From NCBI RefSeq assembly GCF_006345805.1, contig NC_042997.1, positions 195,548,001-195,612,000 of the forward strand: a stretch of 64,000 nucleotides of DNA. Direction: 5' to 3'. Made by a program: the position numbers and the translations under genes. Of the stretch, positions 52,564-64,000 are shown in pieces. Source of the stretch: Octopus sinensis (Eukaryota). The notes beneath the pieces are model-generated. The model worked only from the letters and a program-made list of their open reading frames with translations, ran no database searches and had not been told where the DNA came from. Position 1 is the stretch's first letter. Each line of letters starts with the position of its first letter.

Positions 52564-52975
52564 GGAGTGGCTGTGTGGTAAGTAGCTTGTTTACCAACCA
52601 CATGGTTCCGGGTTCAGTCCCACTGTGTGGAACCTTGGGCAAGTGTCTTCTACTATAGTCTCGGGCCGACCAAAGCCTTGTGAGTGGATTTGGCAGACAG
52701 AAACTGAAAGAAGCCCGTCATATATATGTATATATATATGTATATGTATGTGTGTGTATATGTTTGTGTGTCTGTGTTTGTCCCCCACCAACATCGCTTG
52801 ACAACCGATGCTAGTGTGTTTACGTCCCCGTCACTTAGCGGTTCGGCAAAAGAGACCGATAGAATAAGTACTGGGCTTACAAATAATAAGTCCCGGGGTC
52901 GATTTGCTCGACTAAAGACGGTGCTCCAGCATGGCCTCGGTCAAATGACTGAAACAAGTAAAAGAGAGAAAAGAG
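52564..52975 (+). mobile_element. S3 SINE, near full length
   Basis: Head, internal microsatellite and tail. Confidence 0.92.
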
Positions 52976-53415
52976 AAACAAACAAATATGGAAATGATTT
53001 GTTATTTACTAAAAAAAGCTTTAACCGTACTGTTAACCAACCAGCTGCAGTATCATCATCATCACAATCATCATCATCATCATCATCACGACGACGATGA
53101 CGATGATGAAGACCACCACCACCATCACCATCAATATCGTCGTCGCCGCCGCCGTCACCGTCGTAGTCATCATCGACATCGCGATCTTCGTAATCATCAT
53201 CATCATCATGGCCGCAAACAAGTGTCGTCATGCAGGTAACGTTAATAGTTTCCAGTCTTCCACGGAGTCAAACCCAATCATAGGGAAATATTAGGTTGCT
53301 TGGAAACAAGAGAAGGTTGCCAACAGGAAGAGCATTCGTCTGTAGAAAATCTGCCTCAACGAATTCTATTTGACGCGTGTGAACACGGATAAGTGAACGT
53401 TAAAAAAATGATATG

Positions 53416-53485
<70 letters not shown>

Positions 53486-53526
53486 ATATCTGTAAATATA
53501 ATATGTGACAATTATTTGGTAGCCAT

Positions 53527-53587
53527 GATAAAACTCCGAGTTTCGGATGTCGGGGCGGAAACCCACGCCGCCATCTCTTCAATTATC
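53527..53587 (-). ncRNA. Hammerhead motif (C3U, uncompensated)
   Basis: Minus strand GATAA-TTGAAGA-GATG...CATC C-GAA ACTC G GAGT T-TTATC. Confidence 0.65.
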
Positions 53588-53770
53588 CGGCCATCGAAAA
53601 TGCTAGAACTCGGTTGAGGACTCTACACAGCAGAAGAATTCAATATGAACGCCTACTACATTGATTATTCTATCAAAAAACATACCTATACCATCAAGGG
53701 AACTATACTCTAAGAAACCTTTGGAGAAAATTACAGACCTTATTAAGCGGGAGTATCTTTTCGATGGCCG

Positions 53771-53831
53771 GATAACTGAAGAGATGGCGGCGTGGGTTTC
53801 CGCCCCGACATCCGAAACTTGGAGTTTTATC
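53771..53831 (+). ncRNA. Type I hammerhead motif
   Basis: GATAA-CTGAAGA-GATG...CATC C-GAA ACTT G GAGT T-TTATC. Confidence 0.78.
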
Positions 53832-53978
53832 ATGGCTACCGAATAATAGTCACATATATTTACAGATAAATTCCTCTATTTACATAATATCAAGGTTTCT
53901 TTCATTTTTTTGTTGTCTTACCATTTCTATCAACACACACACACACACACACACATACACATATATGTATGTATATAT

Positions 53979-54194
53979 GTAAGAAGGCATGCTGAAGGTT
54001 TCTGGATTTGAAGGTATTGTGAAAGGCCTGGTTCGAGGCCCAACCTTCCGACTTTTACAGGGCTTAGAAAACCCGAAGGACCGCTGCAATAAGTGTATGA
54101 ATCTGAGAGGGGAATATATTGAATAAAATCATAATTAACTGATCCTCCTGTATTTTCTTTTACCCAAAGTCAAGAACTTTTCAGGACACTCGTA
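53979..54194 (+). mobile_element. Non-autonomous mariner (family of 4981)
   Basis: GLENPKDRCNKCMNLRGEYIE*; right end GAACTTTTCAGGACACTCG-TA. Confidence 0.8.
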
Positions 54195-54226
54195 TATATA
54201 TATTATATATATATATATATGTATAT

Positions 54227-54323
54227 AAACCCTCCTTCTTTCCTTCTTTCCTGAGCGTCCAATAATACTATACTTGTTCCACGTCCTTGCGTTGTTGTGT
54301 TTTTTGTGCTTTCATGTTTGGAT

Positions 54324-54329
<6 letters not shown>
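54227..54329 (+). mobile_element. pLTR island starting at the hammerhead cleavage site
   Basis: Aligns to the 49051-49161 family downstream of its ribozyme; flanked by (TA)n. Confidence 0.7.
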
Positions 54330-54372
<43 letters not shown>

Positions 54373-54714
54373 TTTTAATATAATGATAAAATTTTATTAA
54401 AATTTTTTATCAGTGGCCAGCATATGAAAAATACCTTCCAAGGTGAAATTTTAAATACAATTATAAATAAGGGCAAAAGAAAAAAAAAAATTCTTTGCCA
54501 TCATGCTGTAAAATAGACGCTAAATTGTCTAACCACATGATATATCTTCACTTAAAATATTTTATGAGGTTAGGCGATTCAGCATATTGGCAAAAAAAAA
54601 ATGTTTTGCCCTTATTTATATATATATATTTATTTATGTGTGTATGTGAGACTGTGTGTGTGTGTGTGTGCGCACGCGTGTATGTGTATATAATTATTAA
54701 GACTATAAATATTA

Positions 54715-54916
54715 TTTTCTACTCTAGGCAGAAGGCCTGAAATTTTTGGGGAGGGGGATAGTCGATTAGATCGGAATCAGTACGCAACTGGTACTAAATT
54801 TATCGACCACGAAAGGATGAAAAGCAAAGCCGACCTCGACGGAGTTTGAACTCGAATCCCAAAGACCACTAACCATTTCGCCCGACTTGCTAACATTTTC
54901 TGCCTGCACGCCGCCT
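54715..54916 (-). mobile_element. S4 SINE monomer (tail B)
   Basis: Head at 54916, core, tail B. Confidence 0.8.
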
Positions 54917-55011
54917 TATTAAAGCGATACACACACACACAACACACACACACACACACACACAACGCGCATGCTTAATTGGCAAAAATATAACCATCTC
55001 CAAACATAACA

Positions 55012-55048
<37 letters not shown>

Positions 55049-55204
55049 CGAAATTGTAAGGACTTCTGGTAACTTGACTGAGGAAAGAAAACCACGAATG
55101 GCCTATCTTTTCTTCCCTATCCTTCTAATTGTTGTTTCTCCTGTCCACCTTTGGATCGTCTGTCTCTCCAAATGTTTTATTGTCCTCTATTAAGCTGTTG
55201 TTCC

Positions 55205-55267
<63 letters not shown>

Positions 55268-55295
55268 CTATCTATCTATATATACATATATATAT

Positions 55296-55354
<59 letters not shown>

Positions 55355-55651
55355 CACTTGTGATCTAGACAATTAGTTACGTCCGTTAGGCTCCAAGTGC
55401 ACAGCTGAGGTTAGATTTAGGAAACAGTATTAGGGTTCCGTTATAGCAGGTATATATTATATCAGAGGGAAAAGCAAAACCAAGGCTGAATGAGTATCTC
55501 ACTCGTTCTGCCTTGGTTTTTACTTTTCCTTCTAATATAGTATATATCATGAGTATATATAGTATATATCATAAGTCGCCATGATAGATCGGTAGCTACT
55601 ACACACATTATTTTTCTCTCCTTGTTCCTCTCCTTATATTTTTCTGTGTCC

Positions 55652-55687
55652 ATTCCTGTAGAAGAGCGTAGGCTCGAAACGTAAAAG
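55652..55687 (+). ncRNA. Degenerate minimal hammerhead (A6U, weak stem I)
   Basis: CTGTAGA-A-GAGC gtag GCTC-GAA ACGT A-AAAG. Confidence 0.5.
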
Positions 55688-55785
55688 ACTTATTCTATTC
55701 CTGAGCGTTATACTAATACATCTGTTTGTTTTGTACACCACCTGTCTTCGTCTTTTGTTTTTTTCGTAAACTCTCCCTATACATA

Positions 55786-55830
<45 letters not shown>

Positions 55831-56119
55831 TGTATGCGTCATGCATGGGCGTCTCTCAGTTATTCGATGTGGGGAGCACAGCTTCGTAAGCAATCTTCCT
55901 ACGAATATAGATAGACTTCTATTTGCTTTATAGATTTTTTTCTCTGTGTCTAATTAAATAAGCAACATTATGACAGATAGTCCGCCCTGAATTTTTAATA
56001 AGGTTTTTATTTACTTTTTTTTATTCATTTATTTATCTATTTTTATTTATTTTTCCTAATGTTGTTGATGTTGTTGTCTTCTAAGAGAAAACATATTAGA
56101 CTTGCTTGACATATTAGAT

Positions 56120-57220
56120 CGGCTCTGTCGCCGTCACCGTCACCGCCACCGCCGCCGATATTGTTGCTGCGGTTGATTGTAACTGTTGGTGCTGATGGCA
56201 ATGCCCCAGCCGCTCCTGCTGCAGCTACTGTTGTTATTCTTGCTGTTGTTGTGTGTTTGTTGCTATGGTTGTGATTGTTGATCTACTTTCTTTTATTAAC
56301 GTTGATTATTTTTTATTATTATTAATGTCATCGTTGCTGTCCTACCGCTGCTGCTGTTGTTGTTGTTGTTGTTGTTGTTGACGTAGGTGATAGTTTAATG
56401 GCGATGGCGGTAGTGGTAGAGGTGGTGGTGGTAGCGGTAGAGGTGCTGGTGGTGGTTGTCGTCGTCGTTGTATTGCTGTCGTAGGTGTTGGCGTTGTTCG
56501 TTGTGCCTTTTCGCTGTCGCTGTTGTTATTGTAGTGGTAGTTGTTGTGGTTGTTGTTGGCGGTGGTGTGGTGGTGGTGGTGGTGGTGGTGCTGCTGCTGC
56601 TGTTGCTGGTGACGGTGGTGATGGCGGTTATTCTCATCATTTGTTCTTATCAATGTTTCTGTCGACATCGTTGTTGGTCATGACGGCGGAGGCGGAGGAG
56701 GTGGCGATGGTGGTTGCGGCGGTAGTGGTGGCGGCGGCAGCGGCGGTGTTTCGTTGAGCGCTGTTGTTACTGTCATCAATGCCCTTGTCCATTGGTGCGG
56801 TCGTCTTGACGATGTTGTTGTTATAGTAATGGCAGTAAGGTGGGATGGGTGGGGTGGGGGGGGCGATCTTTCGGGGTGATGGTGGAGGTGATGATGATGA
56901 TGCTGGTGGTGGTGGTCGTGGTGGGATTTTGACGCTGTTGTTATTGTCATCACTATTGTCATAGTTGTCGTTGATCTTATTTTTACTGCTTATTATATTA
57001 CTACGTTTCTTTGTTTTTTTTTTGTTTTGGTTATGTTGTTTTTGCATTTCGATGAATCAGTTATTATTATATTTATTTATTTATTCACTTAGTATACATC
57101 TACCATCATGAATTGTCATCGTCGTCGTCGTCGTAGTTAATGCTACCGTTGTTGCTGTTGTTGTTGTTGTTGTTGTTCGTGCCATGAGTAGTGACAATGA
57201 TGGCGGCAGCGGCGGCGGTG
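56120..57220. repeat. Mosaic of GTT/GGT/GCT/GGC/GTC trinucleotide repeats
   Basis: Directly visible low-complexity sequence. Confidence 0.9.
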
Positions 57221-57520
57221 TTTTTTTTTTGTTTTTTCTTTTCGCGTAAACCTAATTCTAGCTTTTGTTATTCGAAATATAATTCCTAAGCGCCATGAAC
57301 AATATATAAGCATGTGTGTCACATTCCATTCCAGTTGTTACCGAAGATATGAATGTATGTCAATGAAAGGGCTTTCGTTTTTCTTGGGCTTCAGTTCTAA
57401 AATTTCAGGTGTGTGAAACACATTGACCAATTTACCGAGTAAACGGATCACCTGTTGATTGGTCAATTGTCCACCAGCTGTCTTTGATGTATCTTTAAGA
57501 CTAAGATACAATATCTGTTC

Positions 57521-57583
<63 letters not shown>

Positions 57584-57839
57584 GGTCCCGGGTTGATTCG
57601 GGGTTAACCACAGTAGATAAGGTACTCAATAAGTGAGAATCTCCTTATTTACCTAAAACTCTATTCTTCTATTTATTTTTTTATTCTTTTATTTATTCTT
57701 TTATCTAATTTACCACTGACTCCTTGACCACTCCCCTAAGTATGATATTTTTGCGCTATGCCTACCCCCAAAAAGTCCCCCACCACCACCCCTTTAAACC
57801 TGCCTAAATGTATAAATGCCAAAACAATTCTTGTTAACT

Positions 57840-57890
57840 AGCTTCCTGATGATTTCGCTTGAATGAAACAGTTCTAGTCCTGTAGAAGCT
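57840..57890 (+). ncRNA. Type I hammerhead ribozyme with monomer-competent stem III
   Basis: AGCTTC-CTGATGA-T TTC gctt GAA T-GAA ACAG ttctagtc CTGT A-GAAGCT; predicted cleavage after 57884 (GUA). Confidence 0.85.
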
Positions 57891-57920
57891 CCTTCTATAT
57901 AATATATATATATATATATA

Positions 57921-57986
<66 letters not shown>

Positions 57987-58237
57987 AGTATAAGCATATT
58001 AAAAAGGGTCCGTGGGAAAACTCATTTAAATAAGAGGGGTCTTTCGTAGTAAAATGGTTGGGAACCGCTGCCATAGACCCAAGATTCATCACATGTTATG
58101 ACTGTTTTCAAAAAGATTTCGTCTTGCTCGACACAATTAAGGAGATCCGATCTTCTTTTTGAGATGAGCGCCCTCTACACACTTTATTTCCAAGTACTGA
58201 TATAAAAAACAGAAGATTGATAGATAGATAGATAGAT

Positions 58238-58274
<37 letters not shown>

Positions 58275-58493
58275 AAGAGAGAAAGAACGTTATAACTTCG
58301 TGTGTATGCACGACAGAGGTCAAAATCAACCTGTGCAGCTTCATTCTGCGCACTTGAGCTCCGTTACCATAGCAACAGTCCCGATACATTTTGATCAGAC
58401 ATCATATGGATGGGTCATGGTTGGAGTATCAATCACATCGTTGTGTTTTTGCATCTTTTGATGTTGGATCTGACTCACAGTTTGAAAACTATT

Positions 58494-58851
58494 TACTAGG
58501 TCTGATAAGTATCCGGCCTGTTGTCATAGTAACGAAGCTAAAGCACGCAGAGTTAAACCGCTTGGCACAGATTGAACGATGAACTCTTTTTGAAAACCTT
58601 TTTGCCAAGCTTTTGGCAAAATTTGATGTAGATTCACTGCTCAACCTTCTGTCATGGTCAGTGCGACGATCACACGCTACACACGTTACTTCCAATCACT
58701 GCTGTAAGCAGCACAAGTAAGCTAGAACGTTAAAACTTAGTGCGCATGCTCAGTAGAGTTCAGGGTCGATCTGTGCCAAGCGGCTTTACTCTGCGTGTTT
58801 CAGCTTCGTTACTATGGCAACAGCCCATATATTTATTGATCAGATCACGTA
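58494..58851. mobile_element. Mariner-type MITE with ~95-bp TIRs
   Basis: TA termini; CATAGTAACGAAGCT...CCGCTTGGCACAGAT inverted at both ends; an older solo TIR at ~58305-58405. Confidence 0.88.
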
Positions 58852-59329
58852 AGTACCCAAAACGACATGGTTCCAAAGAGATATTCTTAACGAAACATCT
58901 GTGTCTCTAGCTATGAAATGTAAAATGTGGTGGATCTCCGTTGTTCAACGACGAGGATTCAGCTGAATTTCCTCCTCTTTATGTGACGCGTATGCGGCAG
59001 CTGATCAGTCTGCAAGCATACGTATTCTTAACATAATTCTTGGACAGAATCGGCGTGACATGGTGTGTAACATGGCCACAATTACACGGTATGTGACATG
59101 GCTTCGATTATAAGTACAATCCTTGTGACGGGTTTTTATACAGATTCCGTCTACTGAATTTAGCTCACACTGTATGAAGCTTTCTGGGGCTATAGAAAAA
59201 TGACACGTTCCAAAATTCCAGGATCTCACGGTTGCGATGCAGACTTCTTAACCACGCAGTCATTCTTGCGTCTACGAAGATATATAATATGAAATATAAA
59301 TTGGCGGTTATTTAATATTGTTAGGGGGT

Positions 59330-60367
59330 TCTCGGAATTGAATTAAAAAAGTCACATGAAATATAAATCCCCAATTATTGTATTGTGTCATGAGTAAGAT
59401 ATTTACAAAAAAGAAGACCCTCTTATATGGGTTCAATGTGATGACGGAAGTCATAGAAAAATAGGAATGTCAGGATTATACGAAAAACGAAACAAAAGAT
59501 ATAGCATTCAATCCTGTGAAAGAAATATTGCATCACCTCACCCTTTGAATAATTCAACATTCTACATTCCTTTGAATAATCCGGATTTTATTATTCCTGA
59601 AAATTTTAATTTATATAATGTTTATATTGCTTTAAAATTATGAATGCTTTACAATCCATTCGTTTATATAGAGAACTAAGATGATCACGTATGGGGTTTT
59701 CTTTTTGTAAACTACACCTCATGTTGAACACAATGCAACAGTTGTAGATTTATGTTTTATGAAATTAAAAATTATTTATATTTACTTCCTAATCATCTCC
59801 TGTATTTTCAACATCCTGTGACCCGTTGCCTATTTGTTTTTATCGTTATATTTTTCATCTTATCAAGCATTATTCACCGTTCAATCTATAAACTACATCC
59901 TTTTTTGTTATTGTACTAGTCTCATGATTTTTGTCCTTGCTTATATATATATATATATATATATCATTCGCTCGTTTATGCCCCAGTAGCTATACTGCTG
60001 GAAGATGTCGAAATTGTAATGAGATTTGATCGACAACTGATGAAGGATGAGCTTGTCTGCGTCTCTCGGAATTTAATTAAAAAGAGAAATGGAAAAAAAA
60101 ATATACATTAAGTCACATGAAATATAAATCCCCAATTACTGTATTGTGTCACGAGTAAGATATCATTTACAAAGAAAGGACTCTCTTATATGGGTTCAAT
60201 CTGGTGATGGAAGTCATAGAAATGTAGGAATGTCATGATTTTACGAAAAACGAAACGAAACAAAACATATTGCATTCAATCTTTTGAAAGAAATATTGAA
60301 TCACCTCATCCTTTGAATAATTCAACATTCTACTTTCTCTTGAATAATCAGGATTTTAATATTCCTT
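59330..60367. repeat. Diverged ~280-300-bp direct repeat pair
   Basis: 59330-59598 versus 60063-60367 (AAGTCACATGAAATATAAATCCCCAATTA...TTGAATAATTCAACATTCTAC). Confidence 0.9.
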
Positions 60368-61200
60368 AATATGCAATAACTCAGGTCTGTGTTGAAGTTT
60401 AGGAAATTCAACTGATAAAGAATTTTACATCACAAACTCTTATAGAACCTTTAAACCTTTGACAATCTATTTTTGCGCGATTTTTGGCATGAGGTTTCAG
60501 CTGTTCTGCTTCTACTCATGTCATTCCAGTATCTTTCAGAGACAGCACTGGTCGTTCGGTTCCAAGCTGCTGAGCTGTAGAAGAGAAATAATTAGTTTGG
60601 CTAAAAGTCAATGTATCTCCATATGAACATTCGCAAAAATATCTTCTCACACACAACCAAACACACAGAGACACGCACAAACCTAAACATGTATATTAAT
60701 AATATCTCTGTCTGTCTTTCTGACTATTAATATTCTCCCTCTCACGTGCAAACATTCAAATATACATATGTAAGTATATATTTATATGTGTGTATTTGTA
60801 TGTATTTGTACACACACACAAACACGCACGCACACACTCACACAAACACACACAAACACACAAACAAGCACACACACACATTCTTTTAATTTTTTAACCT
60901 TTTACTTGTTTCAGTCATGTGATTGCGGCCATGCTGGGGCATCGCCTTGAAGAATTTTTCTCGAAAGGATCGGCCTTAGTACTTTTGTTAAAGTCTGGTA
61001 CTTATTCTATGAGTCCCTTTTGGCGAACCGCTTGGTTAAGAGGACGTAAACACACTGACACCGGTGGGGGTGACAGACGCAGACAAAAAGACACGCACAC
61101 ACAAGCACACACGCGCGCACACACACGCACACACACGCGCGCACACACGCGCACACAAATATGCACACACACACACACACACGGATACTCATATATGTTC

Positions 61201-62135
61201 TTTTGTTTAGGTCATTTGACTGCGGCCATGCTGGAGCACCGCCAAACATGGGTTTATTCGAAGAAATCGCCCCCAGGACATACTCTTTGTAAGCCTAGTA
61301 CTTATTCTATCGCCTCTTCTGTCGAACTGCTAAGTTACGGGGACATAAACACGCCAGCAGCAGTTGTCAAGCGATGGCGGGATGACAAACAAACAAACAG
61401 ACACACACACACAAATATATATATATAAAACGTCAAGGTAGAAAATACTAAAATAATTTTATAAAAAACATTTTAGTACCGGTTTCGGTCATTGAGACTT
61501 TTTCAACTCTAAGAATGGGAACCAATTAAATTTTGGAAAAATTAAATGAAAAGCTTTTTAAAACCGTATTTGTATAGTATTCAAGCACAAGGGAATTTTT
61601 CTTGTTTCTGCTTGTCTCTGTCTTGTTTACTCTTGTAGGTTCGAGGTCCCGGACCGGGCTGCGTGTTGTGTTCTTGAGCAAGACACTTTGTTTCAAGTTG
61701 CTCCAGTTCATTCAGCTGTAGAAATGAGTTGCGACGTCACAGGTGCCCCTTTGCCTTTCCCTTGGGTAACATTGATGGCATGGAGAGGGGAGGCTGGTAT
61801 GCATGGGCAACTGCTGGTCTTCCATAAAAGCAACCCTGGGTTGTACGTTCGCCGGTGAGGCGACTTTCCGCTCAGACTTGTACCCCGGAGGGGAACCTCT
61901 TAGGTGTACCCATGGTCGTTCGTGACCAACAGAGTCGTGTTTTATATATATATATATACATATATATATACAACGGGCTTCTTTCAGTTTCCGTCTACGA
62001 AACCCACTCAGAAGGATTTGGTCGGCTCGAGGCTATAGTAGAAGATACTGGCCGAAGGTTCCACTCAGAGGGGCTGAACCCGAAACCCTGTGGCTGGGAA
62101 GCAAGCTTCTTACCACATAGCCACACCTACAGCTA
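61201..62135 (-). mobile_element. S3 SINE split by an HHR island (61428-61635) and an S2 SINE (61636-61935)
   Basis: Tail 61201-61415, head 61972-62135. Confidence 0.75.
61475..61508 (-). ncRNA. Hammerhead motif, U3-A8 variant
   Basis: Minus strand AG-TTGAAAA-AGTC tcaat GACC-GAA ACCGGT A-CT. Confidence 0.65.
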
Positions 62136-62172
62136 CGCCTACGTATATATGTTTATATATATATATATATAG

Positions 62173-62211
<39 letters not shown>

Positions 62212-62449
62212 ATATATGTATATATATGTGTGTGTGTGTGTGTATTATATGTATGTATGTATGTATGTATATATGTATGTATGTATGTATCTATCTATCT
62301 ATCTATCTACCTATCTATCTATTTGCATATGCACAGAATGAAATGAATGTTTCATTATCATTAACATAAACCAGAACAGTTGGGTCTAGTTTTCAGATGC
62401 TTGTGTATTTGTTTTTGTGTGTATTTAAATATACCAAATATGTATATAC

Positions 62450-62680
62450 ATGCAAGCCTCGACGAGAACTCCATAGAGAATCTGCGAGGAGAGTTAAAAA
62501 GAAGATGGCCAACTTGCACTTGAGGAACAGCAATTACACGAAGCTGAAGCCAGCTATCAAGACTGCCTGGGTCTCATATCGTATCTAACTGAGCAGTGTC
62601 ACAGATTTTCTCTCCCAGTGCTACGAAGCATTCAAGTAATAAACGAAACAAAGAAATCTCAAATAAGCTCTAACTAACAG
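62450..62680 (+). pseudogene. Tc1 transposase C-terminal fossil
   Basis: SLDENSIENL (cf. SPDLNPIENLW), KLKPAIKTAW, EQCHR...RSIQV. Confidence 0.6.
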
Positions 62681-62817
62681 TCGATATCTATCTTTCAATT
62701 TTTAACCAACTTTCTCCATTGTAATATGTTTCTCATGTTCGGATATTACATTTTAATATACTGAGTTATTGGATTGGAACAATCCTTATATGGAGACCGT
62801 GAATGTTATCTAATAAT

Positions 62818-63402
62818 CAGTGCTTCTCAATGGGGATCTATATCACCGTTGGGGTTCCATATAAAGGCAAAAGTTTATGAGCATTACATTACTCTTTTAC
62901 TCTTTTATTTGTTTCAGTCATTTGACTGCAGCCATGCTGGATCATCGCCTTGAGTCGAGCAAATCGACCCCCTTCCCAGGACTTATTCTTTGTAAGCCTA
63001 GTACTTATTCTATCGGTCTCTTTTTGCCAAACCGCTAAGTTATGGGGACGTAAACACTCCAGCATCGGTTGTCAAGCGATGTTGGGGGGAGGGGGTCAAA
63101 CACAGACACAGACACAGACACACACACACACACACACACGACGAGCTTCTTTCAGTTTCCGGCTACCAAATCCACTAACAAGGCTTTGGTCGGCCAGAGG
63201 CTACTTGCTTAAGGTGCCACGCAGTGGGACTGAACCCGGAACCATGTGGTTCGTACGCAAAATATTTTAATAGTTTTTATAAAATACAATCCCTAATGAT
63301 ATTTAACTATCAAAATACAATAGGATTTTTGTAATACGGGGCCCAGTAGAGAAAAATAGGAATCTAAGGGGTCTACAGACAAAACATGGTTGAGAACTAC
63401 TG
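62818..63402. mobile_element. hAT-type MITE containing an S3 SINE (62890-63256, minus strand)
   Basis: TIR CAGTGCTTCTCAA / TTGAGAACTACTG; TSD poorly preserved; related right end at ~58000-58070. Confidence 0.7.
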
Positions 63403-63509
63403 CTTTAGATCAATAAAATATAAAGAAAAGATTAGAATAGATTAGCGTAGATTAGTATAAATTAGTATAGATTTATTGACACTTATACAACTGAAATTAG
63501 TTGTTTTTA

Positions 63510-63730
63510 TCTTTTAGCTTTCATTTGTTTTCAGTCATTTGATTGCGGCCATACTGGGGCACCAACTTGCAAACGCTTAGTCGAACAAATCGATCACAGT
63601 ACTTATTTTTTTTTAAAGTCTGTTACTTATTTCATGAGTCTCGTTTGCCGAACAGGTAATGGTGGAGATGTAAACAAAGCGAGACCGGTTGTTGAGCGGT
63701 GGGAAGGGATAAACAGACACAAAGACACAC
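63510..63730 (-). mobile_element. Diverged S3 3' half followed by (TA)n to the window end
   Basis: Similar to the S3 tail. Confidence 0.7.
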
Positions 63731-63798
63731 ACATATATATATATATACACATACATATATATATGTATATATGTGAATATGAATGCATATATATATAC

Positions 63799-63830
<32 letters not shown>

Positions 63831-63861
63831 GGACATATATATGTATATATGTGAATATGAA

Positions 63862-63898
<37 letters not shown>

Positions 63899-64000
63899 AC
63901 ATATATATGTATATATGTACGTGTATGTATATATATGCATATATGCATATATACATATATATGTATATATATGTGTGTGTGTGTATATATATATGTATAA

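Larger units (their letters stand above)
53488..53933 (+). mobile_element. Internally deleted Penelope-like element with inverted 5' pLTR
   Basis: Arms 53488-53600 and 53758-53867 are inverted; the spacer encodes DYSIK-NIPIPSRELYSKKPLEKITDLIKR. Confidence 0.8.

Noticed and set aside
56342-57047. PolyQ/H/P transcription-factor-like ORFs
   Set aside because: Short overlapping ORFs on both strands of pure low-complexity sequence
60450-60590. Possible minus-strand exon after the acceptor TTCTCTTCTACAG (SAAWNRTTSAVSERYWNDMSR...)
   Set aside because: Weak donor, no recognisable protein and no partner exons; needs RNA-seq

Overview
This is AT-rich, repeat-saturated animal DNA with no recognisable host exon, most likely intronic or intergenic. 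The SINE families resemble those of octopus/cephalopods; that assignment is an inference. All long ORFs in the track are microsatellite translations or SINE read-throughs. The window holds: (i) many di-, tri- and tetranucleotide microsatellites; (ii) four tRNA-derived SINE families, labelled here S1-S4, in more than 40 copies, with swapped tails, nesting and multimers; (iii) fossil LINEs (two RTE, one R4/Dong-like RLE, one CR1/L2-like 3' end), fossil mariner, Tc1, Tc2 and hAT elements and MITEs, and a short solo LTR; (iv) a dense population of short islands inserted in (TA)n/(CA)n tracts. These islands carry about 15 type I hammerhead ribozyme (HHR) motifs from several unrelated families, including recurrent core variants (compensatory U3-A8, U4C, an extra nucleotide next to stem II). 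They come with inverted pseudo-LTR structures, a GIY-YIG fragment and an ORF N-terminus of Penelope-like elements (PLEs). All motifs were found and folded by eye; no database search or folding program was run.
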